Shown one piece after another: positions 21,184 to 31,607 of a stretch of DNA of 64,000 nucleotides. Position numbers and translations under genes: made by a program. This DNA is from a virus (lineage: Duplodnaviria; Heunggongvirae; Uroviricota; Caudoviricetes). Under the pieces are notes generated by a model. That model was not told where the DNA came from, did no database searches, and worked only from the letters and a program-made list of their open reading frames with translations. The number at the start of each line of letters is the position of its first letter. Within the stretch, counting starts at the first letter, position 1. Location of the stretch: IMG/VR virus record IMGVR_UViG_3300030055_000004. One strand, given 5' to 3'.

Positions 21184-21483
21184 TTACGATACTTTATTAG
21201 TTTCGTAGATTGCTACTGCTCCACCTGCTGCTGAAGCTATTGCCATGAATGATGCTACTGAATTAGTAACAAATGCATCTCCGGCTGCTGCTGTTGCTGT
21301 TGCTGGTGTTAATAACATTTCATAATCAGTTGCACTAACTACAGTAAAAGAACCTGAAATAGGAATTTTTTTAATATAAATAGTTTGTGTTGCTGATGTA
21401 TTTTGGATTTGAAGACTAGCTCTACTAGTATTAATAGGAGCTACTACTACGGATGTTGTTCCAACTACTAAAGGACTTGCCAT
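21184..21483 (-). CDS. hypothetical structural-like protein (Ala/Thr/Ser-rich)
   Basis: 99 aa with low-complexity composition, inside the structural block. Confidence 0.3.
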   Translation of the reverse strand: MASPLVVGTTSVVVAPINTSRASLQIQNTSATQTIYIKKIPISGSFTVVSATDYEMLLTPATATAAAGDAFVTNSVASFMAIASAAGGAVAIYETNKVS

Positions 21484-21499
21484 AATTTTAAGTTTTTTT

Positions 21500-21529
21500 A
21501 AAAAATAGGGGAGATTTTACTTCCCCTAT
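21500..21529 (-). terminator. rho-independent terminator downstream of the Gly-rich structural gene
   Basis: Stem ATAGGGGAG / CTTCCCCTAT. On the minus strand it is followed by UUUUUAAAAAAA. Confidence 0.5.
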
Positions 21530-21536
21530 CTTAAAA

Positions 21537-22340
21537 TTAGACAATAGTAGTTCCTGTTACTGTTGGATGAATATGAGTTAAGATTGAACTTAACAGATAT
21601 TGATTTTGAGCATTGTTACTAACTTGATTGTTAGCAGCAGCTAATTGATCTCTTAAATTTTGTACATTTAAGTCATTAATTAATGAACGTGTTGCATTTC
21701 CGTCAGAATTAATTAATGATTTAATTTCACAGCAACATTGAGCCATTGCAGCAGCATTTGCAGTTCCTTGAGCTATAATTTGATTAGTAGCATTTTGTGT
21801 TTGCATTGCAGCTCCATTAAAACCTTGTAACGTTGTAGTTGTTAGGTTATTAAATGAATTCAATTGTTGTAATGCATTTTGATTACTTTGTGCAGTAATG
21901 TCACGACCTAAATCATTAATTCCTTGTAAAGTAGTAAAAGCTGATGTAGCTTGTGCTGTTGATAAATTAGCTACAGAATTTAGAATATTTGCAGCTCCAC
22001 CATCTATTGCTGAATTAACTCTACGAAATTCACTATTTAAGATACTATTTAAGTCACCAGAAGCAACTTGAGATCCTAAATTAGTAATTTGTGATTGTAA
22101 TGATTGAAATGCTGGATTAAGAACTACATCAGTTGCTACTGCTGTTGCTGCTGGAGCTACATATCCTGCTCCATATCCTCCACCTCAACCACCACGTCCA
22201 CCAAGTAATCCACCTGCTAACGCTCCACCTAATAATCCGGCGATTCCCCCGCCTAAAATTCCACCTCCTGTGCCTAAAGCGGCTCCTGAAGTTCCTGTTC
22301 CTCCCATTGCTGGGATCATGCCATCTAATGTAAGTGCCAT
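21537..22340 (-). CDS. glycine-rich structural-type protein with one in-frame TGA (read as Trp)
   Basis: ATG at 22340. The N-terminus is Gly-rich (GGTGTSGAALGTGGGILGGGIAG...). In-frame TGA at 22185-22187 (GGRGG-W-GGGYGAGY). It continues into the 21537..21863 ORF without a frame change, about 268 codons. Confidence 0.5.
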
Positions 22341-22433
22341 AATTTAAAGTTTTTAAAAGTTTGTAATAATAATTAAAGTTTGTAGTACAAAGGTACTACA
22401 TTTTTAAAAACTATACGAACAAATTTTAAAACT

Positions 22434-22718
22434 TTATAACTTATTGGCTTCTAGATACTTACGAAGGTCAGATGTGTAATATTCCTTTTCTTTAAATCCT
22501 TTTCTTTTTCTAGGTTCTGGTATTACTCCAGAAGATCTAAGTTCATGAAATTTATTAAGAGATAATCCTAAATATTTAGCTGCATCTTCTCTACCCATAG
22601 TTTCAGGTTTATGAACAATTTCAGTTAATATAATAAGTTCTTCCGGAGTAATATATTTACATTTACCTTTTTTACATAAATCTAAAGCTTCTGTTAAAAT
22701 GAATTCTAAACCATCCAT
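22434..22718 (-). CDS. small putative HTH DNA-binding protein
   Basis: 94 aa. The ...REDAAKYLGLSLNKFHELRSSGVIP... segment looks like a helix-turn-helix. Confidence 0.3.
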   Translation of the reverse strand: MDGLEFILTEALDLCKKGKCKYITPEELIILTEIVHKPETMGREDAAKYLGLSLNKFHELRSSGVIPEPRKRKGFKEKEYYTSDLRKYLEANKL

Positions 22719-23067
22719 ATTGTGAATAAATTATAAGTGAGGATAATGCAGAAATACTTGCTATTAATAAAATAATCCAAATAGTTTCCATATCTGTAGT
22801 AATTCTATGTAAAGAATTAATCCATGAAAAAATTGCAATTATTAATAAATTAATAATTAAAATTCTATGCCACATACAAAATTTAAATACTTTAGAAAAA
22901 AGCAATAATAAAATACAAGTAGAAATTGGACTAGATACTGGATAAGATAATATATTTATTATTACTGGTATATTAAACAATGCAAAAATAAAAGATACTA
23001 TTATAGCTATTGTAGAAATAATAGGAAACCATTTTATAAATTTAATGCATAATCCTACTGGTTTCAT
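22672..23067 (-). CDS. multi-pass membrane protein
   Basis: 131 aa, strongly hydrophobic, about 4 predicted transmembrane segments. Confidence 0.35.
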   Translation of the reverse strand: MKPVGLCIKFIKWFPIISTIAIIVSFIFALFNIPVIINILSYPVSSPISTCILLLLFSKVFKFCMWHRILIINLLIIAIFSWINSLHRITTDMETIWIILLIASISALSSLIIYSQYGWFRIHFNRSFRFM

Positions 23068-23219
23068 AATTTTTAAGAATTTTTTTTAGGAATAATAGGT
23101 CCGATTGGGGAGGGTGGATCTGTTTTTGTTTGTGAAATAGTATTAAGATTTTTTTGGGTTTCTTTTTCAATAATTTTTTTCATTCCAATGTAATTTTTAA
23201 TAATTTATAATTTATTTAT

Positions 23220-23777
23220 CTAAGAATTATGAATTTTAACATCCATATCTTTCATTAACTCTTTAACATCATTCCATGAATAAACTTTAAATTCATCATT
23301 ATCAATACCAACATCTTTACGTCTATAAAACATATTTAAATCAGTATAATCTAATCTATGATGATTATGTCCATGTAAATGATAACTTCTTTTTCTATCC
23401 ATCTCTAACCATTCTTCAAATGGGTGATGTGATAAAATTAATAATTTTTTATCTATTTCTAATTCAAGTATTAATTGTACTGAACTAAATAGATCTTGTA
23501 ATTTGATATGACTAAATCCTTCAAAACGTTTAGTATAATCTTCTAAGATATTTAATTTCTCAAGCAAATATCTTTCATCAGCAGGAATTTTAATTTCCTT
23601 GTTTTTCTTTATATGTTCATCGTGATTACCAAGGATTAAATGTATATTCTTACAGTTAATTCTCTTCCTAAAATTCCATATATTATCTATTCCATTGAAA
23701 CTCCAATCACCTAAGTGATAAAGAGTATCATCTTCCATAACTACTGAGTTTATTGCATGAACAATACCATCGTTCAT
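23220..23777 (-). CDS. calcineurin-like metallophosphoesterase
   Basis: LGDW, LILGNHDE and LHGHNHH motifs (GDxx, GNHD/E, GHxH). Confidence 0.5.
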   Translation of the reverse strand: MNDGIVHAINSVVMEDDTLYHLGDWSFNGIDNIWNFRKRINCKNIHLILGNHDEHIKKNKEIKIPADERYLLEKLNILEDYTKRFEGFSHIKLQDLFSSVQLILELEIDKKLLILSHHPFEEWLEMDRKRSYHLHGHNHHRLDYTDLNMFYRRKDVGIDNDEFKVYSWNDVKELMKDMDVKIHNS

Positions 23778-23942
23778 TGCTTCTATTGATGGAAAATCTC
23801 GACATGAGATATCTGCATCATCCCAAGTAGTTACAGCTTTACATATGTTTATGTGCCCATAATGTGTTTACTACGTGTCCGAGGTAAACCATACATTATG
23901 TATAGTACCCTCGGACACCTTTTCTTTATTTTTATTCATAAT

Positions 23943-24320
23943 TTAATCTAAATTTTGAGGTAATTGATCAAATAATAATTTAACTTCGTCAACATACTTT
24001 TTATAATGTGCTACAAATTGTTTAAAACTTGTAAAATGAGTTTGATCTGGGTCATTTACTGCTCTTACATTAGCAATACGAATTAAACAATTTTTTAATT
24101 GGATACCATATCCTACTAATTTAAATTCAGAACGTTCCGTAGGTTTTCCTTTATTAACAATGTGAATTAGATAAAGATCAAAAAATCTCATATCATTTGG
24201 ACGACTTGAGATCATTTTAAAATCACTTTCTTCAATGACAATTTTACCTTTTGTATCACCTTCTTTTTCTACAACTTCTTCGATGATTTCTTCATCAACT
24301 TCTTTTTCTTTCTTTGCCAT
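23943..24320 (-). CDS. hypothetical protein
   Basis: 125 aa with an acidic N-terminus. Confidence 0.25.
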   Translation of the reverse strand: MAKKEKEVDEEIIEEVVEKEGDTKGKIVIEESDFKMISSRPNDMRFFDLYLIHIVNKGKPTERSEFKLVGYGIQLKNCLIRIANVRAVNDPDQTHFTSFKQFVAHYKKYVDEVKLLFDQLPQNLD

Positions 24321-24321
24321 T

Positions 24322-24684
24322 TTATTTTACAATATTATACCATTCGATATTAATAACTAATTGTTTAAATATGTCTTCTATATCATATCTAGTTACTGCA
24401 TTATCTAATTCATCACATAAATATTCATATCCAGAATAATGACCAAATATTTTATTATCAAGTGAATAAAAATTATCCCATTTATAATAAGCTGGCATAA
24501 TATAATTCCAAGATGAATGATATTTAAGATTATTTTCAGAATTTTTAATTACTTCTTTATACCAGATAATTCCTTGCTCTGTTATAGGTGATGTAAAAAC
24601 CCAATTATTGTCTTCTTTACTCCAGTCACACATAAATTGTGCAATTAGTTTATTTCCTTTTAAAATTTCTTTTTCAGTCATCAT
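24322..24684 (-). CDS. hypothetical protein
   Basis: 120 aa ORF. Confidence 0.25.
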   Translation of the reverse strand: MMTEKEILKGNKLIAQFMCDWSKEDNNWVFTSPITEQGIIWYKEVIKNSENNLKYHSSWNYIMPAYYKWDNFYSLDNKIFGHYSGYEYLCDELDNAVTRYDIEDIFKQLVINIEWYNIVK

Positions 24685-24943
24685 TCATATCCTCCTGTTC
24701 TAAAAGTACTACCTAAAAATAAACCACATTCTGTACAATAAGTTTCTTTAATATACTTTGTTCGATCATAATAACTACCTTCTTCAGTAATTCTTCTTAT
24801 TTCTGTCTCAGTATGTGGACAAACTCTTTGTAATTCAGCATGTGCTAAATTTAAACGTTGACCTTTTTCATAATAAGCTTGTTTAGCTAAATCATATTCT
24901 ACTTGACAAGTTTTAAGTATTTCTTTTACGCTATCTATATATG

Positions 24944-25654
24944 TCATTTTGTAATTGTTATATAAAAAGGTTCATATATAGGTTGATAATTTTCATTTTT
25001 AATAGATACATTAACAACTTTGCCACCATTAAATTCAAATATATTATGATCCCCACTATGGATATGACCACAAACTAACAATTTAAATTTAGTTTTAGCT
25101 AATTGTTTTGCTAATGGTGGATTTCCTACAGATTCAGGAGTTCCTCTATTCCATCTTGTACTTTCAAGTATTTGATCAACTTTACCAATATTATAAGGAG
25201 GATCATGTGAAATAATTATATCACATTCTTCTGGAATAGCTAAAAATTTCTTTTCCATATATAAATCTTCTCTCATAAAAGGCCAACTACCAAATATATG
25301 ACAATAAGGAGTTCCAAATATTCTAAATTCTTCTCCATCATGTCTATGAATAATATAATTGTTTTCTAAATAAATTAGTTTAAAATCACATTGTTCTTTT
25401 AACGCTGCAATATTTAAAGAATTAATTCCTTCAAAATAAGCATCATGATTTCCAGCTATTAGATATACTTTATCTACAGGTAGAGATTTAATCCAATAAG
25501 CAAATTCAGTTTCTAACCATTTTTTAATTTCTGGTTTATTAAATTGAATATTTAAAGGACTTATATCTCCTGCAATCAGCATTATATCAGCAGATTCAAT
25601 AATTTCTGGTAAATAACCATGAAGATCACTAATTGCTACTATTTTCAATCCCAT
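24944..25654 (-). CDS. calcineurin-like metallophosphoesterase (possible 2',3'-phosphoesterase end-healing enzyme)
   Basis: 236 aa with SDLHG, AGDIS, AGNHD and CGHIHSGDH motifs. Confidence 0.6.
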   Translation of the reverse strand: MGLKIVAISDLHGYLPEIIESADIMLIAGDISPLNIQFNKPEIKKWLETEFAYWIKSLPVDKVYLIAGNHDAYFEGINSLNIAALKEQCDFKLIYLENNYIIHRHDGEEFRIFGTPYCHIFGSWPFMREDLYMEKKFLAIPEECDIIISHDPPYNIGKVDQILESTRWNRGTPESVGNPPLAKQLAKTKFKLLVCGHIHSGDHNIFEFNGGKVVNVSIKNENYQPIYEPFYITITK

Positions 25655-26436
25655 AATTAGATTGTTTTAACAGATCCGGGACGAGTAGTTGCTTTTTGAG
25701 TAGAAGAAGGTAAATTATCCCACCAACGTTTAAGACCTTCAAGTCTTGCTAATTTCTTTTTATATTTCATTTTATATAATTAATTTGTTTAACATTTTTA
25801 TTACTATGTGCTTTTCTACAACTATCTCCACAATAATGTCTTATATCTCCACTTACTGTAGTAACTTCAATATAAGGTGCTCTTATGACACAGCCACAAA
25901 AATTACATGTTTTATCCCACATTTTTTGCATATTCTTTAATTTGTTTTAAACTAGTAGATTCACTACGTGTTCCACAATAAATACTTTTATGGTTTATAC
26001 AATCCCATCCAGCATAATAACCAATAATATCTTTGTATAATAAATAATTACGATATTTATTAAAAGATGTTTCAAATTCAGATTTTATTTCTAAAGCTTT
26101 TTTTAAATTTACATTTTTTACAATAAATATTTCATCATTAACTGTTACATCATATTCCATTTTCTTGTTTCAATAATTCATCAGTAAATTCATATGCAGT
26201 TTTTACAGCTTCAATAGGTAATAATCCTCCTAAATTTTCAGATGGATCATTATTTGAAAGTGTTTGCCAATATCTACCATGATATGTTAACATTCCTTGT
26301 AATAATTGAGTAGCAATATATAATCTTTTTGAAACCCCATTAAATTTATGAGGAACTCCTTCAGGATGATAAAATGTAGAAAAACCTTTTTTTTCATAAT
26401 AAAATCCAAATGCAGGATCTTTACCTAGTTTTTCCA

Positions 26437-26811
26437 TTATTTTAAATATTTAAATACTAAATTAATAAATAATACTAAAAAAGTAGCAATAAATGCTTCA
26501 GGATACATTTGAAGTCCAACTAATGCTCCTAATGCTGCACCACACCAAACTGTTGCTGCTGTTGTTAAACCTATAATCTGATTTCCAGATTTAAAGATAA
26601 TACCAGCACCAAGAAAACCAATTCCAGTTACAATTTGACCTATAATCCTAGTAGGATCTGAATTAATAAAATGAATTGACATACAAGTAAAGAGTGTAGA
26701 ACCAAGGCAAATTAATGACATGGTTCTAACTCCTACTGCTTTATGATGTTGTTGTCTTTCCAACCCTATTAATAGACCTAGAAAAACAGATATTATCATT
26801 GGTACAATCAT
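26437..26811 (-). CDS. MgtC/SapB family membrane protein
   Basis: 124 aa. Contains GLLIGLERQQHHKAVGVRTMSLICLGSTLF, the MgtC signature. Confidence 0.6.
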   Translation of the reverse strand: MIVPMIISVFLGLLIGLERQQHHKAVGVRTMSLICLGSTLFTCMSIHFINSDPTRIIGQIVTGIGFLGAGIIFKSGNQIIGLTTAATVWCGAALGALVGLQMYPEAFIATFLVLFINLVFKYLK

Positions 26812-27350
26812 TACTTTTTATAGTTTACAATTGTAACATCGCAATTTTGTAATTCTTCTTGAATTATTTCTTTGATAATGTCCCAATTACCACCAGCCAA
26901 ACCACAACCAATTTTAGGGAGACCAATATGCTTACCTGCAAAAATATAATTCATTTTACGCATACATAAAGTTATTGCTTCATAATCAACAGGAGCTCCA
27001 CCAGAAGTCCCATATCGACATTGTGTATAAGCATTAACAACAGAAAAAGTTTTTAAATCAGTCCATTGTTTGAATTGATTTCTTACTTTACTATGCGAAA
27101 ATAATTTAGTTTCACCTAAATCATGTTTAGATAAAGTAAATGTATCATAATCAATTTGACCAAGTTTATTTACATCACCTTTGTACTCCATATCTTCTAA
27201 AGGAAATGTATTACACTCAAAAGTATTTTTCATTTCCACAGCAATACCAGCACCCATTATACAATAACAATTGCAGCCATGAGCGATTACATCAAACTCA
27301 CCTTGTAAGGCAAGTTTGATTAAATCACCATCTATTTCTTTATATGTCAT
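26811..27350 (-). CDS. macro domain protein (ADP-ribose binding/processing)
   Basis: 179 aa. GDLIKLALQGEFDVIAHGCNC...MGAGIAVEM and IGLPKIGCGLAGGNW match the macro-domain GDIT...DAIVNAAN...GGGV and IAFPaIstGvyG motifs. Confidence 0.5.
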   Translation of the reverse strand: MTYKEIDGDLIKLALQGEFDVIAHGCNCYCIMGAGIAVEMKNTFECNTFPLEDMEYKGDVNKLGQIDYDTFTLSKHDLGETKLFSHSKVRNQFKQWTDLKTFSVVNAYTQCRYGTSGGAPVDYEAITLCMRKMNYIFAGKHIGLPKIGCGLAGGNWDIIKEIIQEELQNCDVTIVNYKK

Positions 27351-28774
27351 TATTTTTTATTTAAAGCAATTTGTAAATATTCATCAGCAATTTTACGTAT
27401 TTCAGTAAATTTTTGATCATTAAATAATTCTCCATTTTTATAAACTACTTGTAATTCATCTATATAAGGATTATTTTCACCAAATTGTTCAGTAGAACTT
27501 TGAATTGTCATAAATCCATTACCAGCTTTATGTAATTTTAATAATCCTGCTTTACTTGCTTTAGTCATATCTGATTTTGGAGTTTTTTGTACATTAATAG
27601 ATTTACCTTCAATTTCAACATGTGAAACCTTTACAGCCCACCTATCAGTATCTCTACATAAACCATCTGTATGTAATCCACCACCAGAACCAGTATTAAA
27701 ATTTTCACAAGACCAACCTGTTTTAATATATTCTTCATAAATTTTAGGTATACTTTTTTCATTCATTCCATCACCTTGAAGTAAACCGACATTATGATTA
27801 ATCACTTTGTAGTCTTTATGATTTAAATGATACCCAAAAAGATTACCTAATTGTTCAGAATATTTAATTACATTAGTTAAAGGATCATTACTATCAGGAC
27901 GAGGTATAACTCTACCAGGTCTATCAATAATTTTCTGTTTAACTTCTGGGTCACCGAGTACATTTTTAATAAAACCATCAGCATCATAACTATCCATTAC
28001 AATACTAATTGGTAAATGTGGTTCAGCACGTTCTAACTGTGCTAACACATAATCAATTTCACCACGACCTTGACCCCATACAGTTGCTACTGAATGTTCA
28101 GTTGCCCACACAGATTGACCAATATTATTATCAGTATAGTATTCTTCAATACCTTCCATTGCTGGAAGATTATCACTACCATTAGAGAATATTAACATAG
28201 CCATTCCACCTAATACTGCTCCCTCACGATAAACAGCACCACGTAATCCAAAATCATTCACTGCAAATGCTAAATCTGGCTTATCACAAGTCATATTAAA
28301 ATAAGGAAGAATCCCTTTTTTAATATTGAATAAACGAGTTGCTACACCAGACGATTGCCAATTCCACATTAAATAATCTTCAAAATGACTAACCATACAA
28401 GCAAACCAAGGTTCAGTTGATACAATAGTGAAACAAACATTACCTGTTGGAAGAACTGTGCCTTCTTTAACACATTTAATTTCCAATGGGAAATAACCTA
28501 ATTTTTTAACTTTTTCCCAAATTTCTTTAGGAAAGTATTTATCAGTACCAAAGACACGTTTGCATCTTGCAGCACCTCTTTCAATATTTTCCTGTGTTAC
28601 TTTCTGCATGAAATATTCTTTAAGAATATATTGCATCCCAAAGAAACAAATTTCTGCATGTTGTCCACCCTTACGAGCTTCACCATATGAATAAAAATGA
28701 TTAATTCCAGCTGGACGTTGTAACCAATGAGTTATTTTATAAGCATCAGTATCTATTACACTATTTTTCCACAT
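27350..28774 (-). CDS. nadV: nicotinamide phosphoribosyltransferase
   Basis: 474 aa. N-terminal TDAYKITHW, then FGLRG; full-length similarity in pattern to NAMPT/NadV. Confidence 0.8.
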   Translation of the reverse strand: MWKNSVIDTDAYKITHWLQRPAGINHFYSYGEARKGGQHAEICFFGMQYILKEYFMQKVTQENIERGAARCKRVFGTDKYFPKEIWEKVKKLGYFPLEIKCVKEGTVLPTGNVCFTIVSTEPWFACMVSHFEDYLMWNWQSSGVATRLFNIKKGILPYFNMTCDKPDLAFAVNDFGLRGAVYREGAVLGGMAMLIFSNGSDNLPAMEGIEEYYTDNNIGQSVWATEHSVATVWGQGRGEIDYVLAQLERAEPHLPISIVMDSYDADGFIKNVLGDPEVKQKIIDRPGRVIPRPDSNDPLTNVIKYSEQLGNLFGYHLNHKDYKVINHNVGLLQGDGMNEKSIPKIYEEYIKTGWSCENFNTGSGGGLHTDGLCRDTDRWAVKVSHVEIEGKSINVQKTPKSDMTKASKAGLLKLHKAGNGFMTIQSSTEQFGENNPYIDELQVVYKNGELFNDQKFTEIRKIADEYLQIALNKK

Positions 28775-28951
28775 ATCTCTTATTTATTTTTTTAAATATT
28801 TATTTATTTTCTTCTACAAATTCTCCAATAATATATTCTGTACGAATTTTACCTACTACTTCGGCTTCACATGAACCACGAGGACAGCATTTAAATTCTT
28901 GGCATCTAGGACACCAAATTAAATCCGTTTCTTTTGTTGGTATATCAGGTA

Positions 28952-29374
28952 TTACCATTGTTTATTAATTAAATATTCATAAATTTCTCTCCAATCAGTT
29001 TCTGGATCGAATCCAGCTTTATCATCCAAAAGGACACTAAAGTAAAACTTTCTATTAAAATTACCAGTATTAGTATTATGAATATCAGTATTTTTATTAA
29101 AGAAATCAACAGTTATATTATTTTCTTTAAACATTTGTCTAATACGCATTAATTCAGATGGGTAGCACGAACTCCATAAAATAATTTTAGATTCAGGTAA
29201 TGAACTAATTAATTGTAAGCATTCTAAAGCATCATTATTAATCCATTCATTTTGATTAGTAGTATAATTACTTTTTAAACATACACCATGAAGATCAATA
29301 CACCAATAAATAGTCTCCCAATTGCGCTCATCCATTACTGAATAAGCACGTTCGATTGATTTGATTATTGACAT
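28952..29374 (-). CDS. hypothetical protein (weak HAD-like features)
   Basis: 140 aa. CIDLHGV and LLDDKAG segments look only loosely like HAD motifs I and IV. Confidence 0.2.
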   Translation of the reverse strand: MSIIKSIERAYSVMDERNWETIYWCIDLHGVCLKSNYTTNQNEWINNDALECLQLISSLPESKIILWSSCYPSELMRIRQMFKENNITVDFFNKNTDIHNTNTGNFNRKFYFSVLLDDKAGFDPETDWREIYEYLINKQW

Positions 29375-29588
29375 ACTATTAAATTTTAGTACAAGAACAA
29401 GTTGCTTTGTTCAAAGCATAAGAACTAGTTCTAAATCTATCTTCTGGATCTGGGATTGCTTTTAAAGAAAAATCAGTTGTATTTACATGGTATCCTTTAG
29501 ATTTCAAATGATATGCAATTATTTCTTTAATATCTGCAACACTTAAATTAATAGTTACTATTTCGCTAATTTCCATATTAGATATTTT

Positions 29589-30482
29589 TCATTTTAATAA
29601 AAATTTAAAAAGTTTTTTATGTTCTCCGACCAAAATATTTTCTACCTCTGGAGTCATTTTAACCCATTTTAAGGCAGCTATATCATCTTGAGGTTGTGGA
29701 GATCCAAACAAAGATTTACACTTGTAAAAATGAGTCATAATAGAACGATCTGTCATACCTCTATATCTCCAATCTTGTATCTTCATTGAAGTTACAAATT
29801 CAAAGTTGGATAATTCAAGTCCTGTTTCTTCTCTTCCTTCACGTTTTGCTGCAGCTTCGTCTGATTCATCTTTAATGTCAACGAATCCACCTACAAACCT
29901 CCACTCTTTTTCATTAGGTTTTTGACCTAATAATAATTCACCTGCTTCATTAAAAATCGCTACATCTACAGTTGAGTAAACTGTTGGATATTGATTATAA
30001 ACTGAATAAATTATACCTGCTCTAAATTCAGAGGAAGATTTAACCTTTTTAGATATATCAACACGAATATCAGTTGCAGAGATAAAAGTATCAGGAGTTA
30101 ATTCCTGAGTCTTAAATTTACCTTCATAAAAAGGAATAAATGAATCTTTACTTCCGTAAAGAGTTACTGATTCCATATTAAAGATATCTCTAATTTTTTC
30201 ATCAAGTTTATTACTCCAAACTGCATTAGACTTTTGGTCTCTCAAAGGGAATATACCAGCAATACGTAAATCATTCCCAAATGCCTCTTTTAACATCAAA
30301 CTACGAGTTAAAAAATCCATTGGATGTTTCATATTACCTATTGTAGGACTAACGCCTAGAAAGATAATAACTTTATCATGTTTGCTAAGTACGAAGTTAA
30401 TCAATTTAATATGTTCACTATGTAGCTCATTAGTTTGAAATCTTCCAATTATAACTCCTACATCTGTTGTTTTAATATCCAT
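29589..30482 (-). CDS. natV: bifunctional NMN adenylyltransferase / Nudix hydrolase (NatV-like)
   Basis: 297 aa. N-terminal GRFQTNELHSEH (nucleotidyltransferase GRFQPxHxGH-type); C-terminal Nudix box GGFVDIKDESDEAAAKREGREETG. Confidence 0.75.
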   Translation of the reverse strand: MDIKTTDVGVIIGRFQTNELHSEHIKLINFVLSKHDKVIIFLGVSPTIGNMKHPMDFLTRSLMLKEAFGNDLRIAGIFPLRDQKSNAVWSNKLDEKIRDIFNMESVTLYGSKDSFIPFYEGKFKTQELTPDTFISATDIRVDISKKVKSSSEFRAGIIYSVYNQYPTVYSTVDVAIFNEAGELLLGQKPNEKEWRFVGGFVDIKDESDEAAAKREGREETGLELSNFEFVTSMKIQDWRYRGMTDRSIMTHFYKCKSLFGSPQPQDDIAALKWVKMTPEVENILVGEHKKLFKFLLK

Positions 30483-30700
30483 ATTTAACTATTTTATTAT
30501 TAATTATTGCATCCCAATATGTTTCATAATACCAATAATGATCACAAAATTGTGTATCCCCATAATATTTATATATATGATATATATAAAAATAAGTATT
30601 TTTAGGATAATCTTTTTGAAACCAAACTATAAAATTAAACATAAAATATAATATATTATATATATGTTTAAATATAAAAAATATACTCCAAATAATAAAT

Positions 30701-31030
30701 CTAATTATGTATCCCATATCTTATTATTAATTTTAATGTACTTATTAATGCATATTCCAATGCTAATTCATAATCATCATACATTGGTGATGTTCCAGTA
30801 GAAATTTTTACTTGACCTATGAAATGTATTTTATATGCATATAATTCATCAACTGAATTACCATGAACTTCAACACTTAAACCATAAGTATCTCTTAACC
30901 ATTGTTGTAATTCTGTCATCCAGAATAACCACCTTAATGGTTCTTTAGAATGATGTACCCATTCTTTATAAAAATATCCTATAAATTCAAAAGGTTTATT
31001 TTTAGCTAAAGATATTAGTTCTTGATTCAT
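30701..31030 (-). CDS. hypothetical protein
   Basis: 109 aa ORF. Confidence 0.25.
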   Translation of the reverse strand: MNQELISLAKNKPFEFIGYFYKEWVHHSKEPLRWLFWMTELQQWLRDTYGLSVEVHGNSVDELYAYKIHFIGQVKISTGTSPMYDDYELALEYALISTLKLIIRYGIHN

Positions 31031-31607
31031 AATTATTCTGTAATAAGTACATATTCTTGAACTATCTTTATAATATTATTCATAAATCCAATTTCACGAT
31101 ATAATTCATAAGTTAATTCATAATTATATTTATCAATTGAATTTACATCAGATAACATATTATCTCTAAGTTTATTTAGATATTCTAATTCTTCTTCCAT
31201 TTTAAATAATTTATAATGTTTAAAATACTAAAGGAAATATACATTATAAGCATAGGAAATGAGAAAGTTAATAATGAAAACATTAATAAACCTGCAATAC
31301 ATCCTATTATACCTAATATAAATCCAAATTTTTTCTTACAACCTATTAAGTAATAAGAATATAAATTGAGTAGCATAACTATCCAATCTAATCCATAAAA
31401 TGTAGTCATAACTATTTATCAAAACGAGTATACATAAACCAGAAAGATAAAAATATAATAATTATTTTCCAAATGGAAAGAGTATTCATAAATATTACAA
31501 ATTCTGGTACTAACAATTGTAAGATTACACATCCAATTATTATCCTAAGGAATCCTATTAAACTTTTCAGCATATTATTTAAAATCAAAAGTAAAACCTG
31601 TTTTAAT

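Noticed and set aside
22133-22333. Plus-strand ORF encoding a Leu/His-rich 66-aa peptide
   Set aside because: It lies antisense to the Gly-rich structural gene and is a mirror artefact of the GGx repeat coding on the minus strand.
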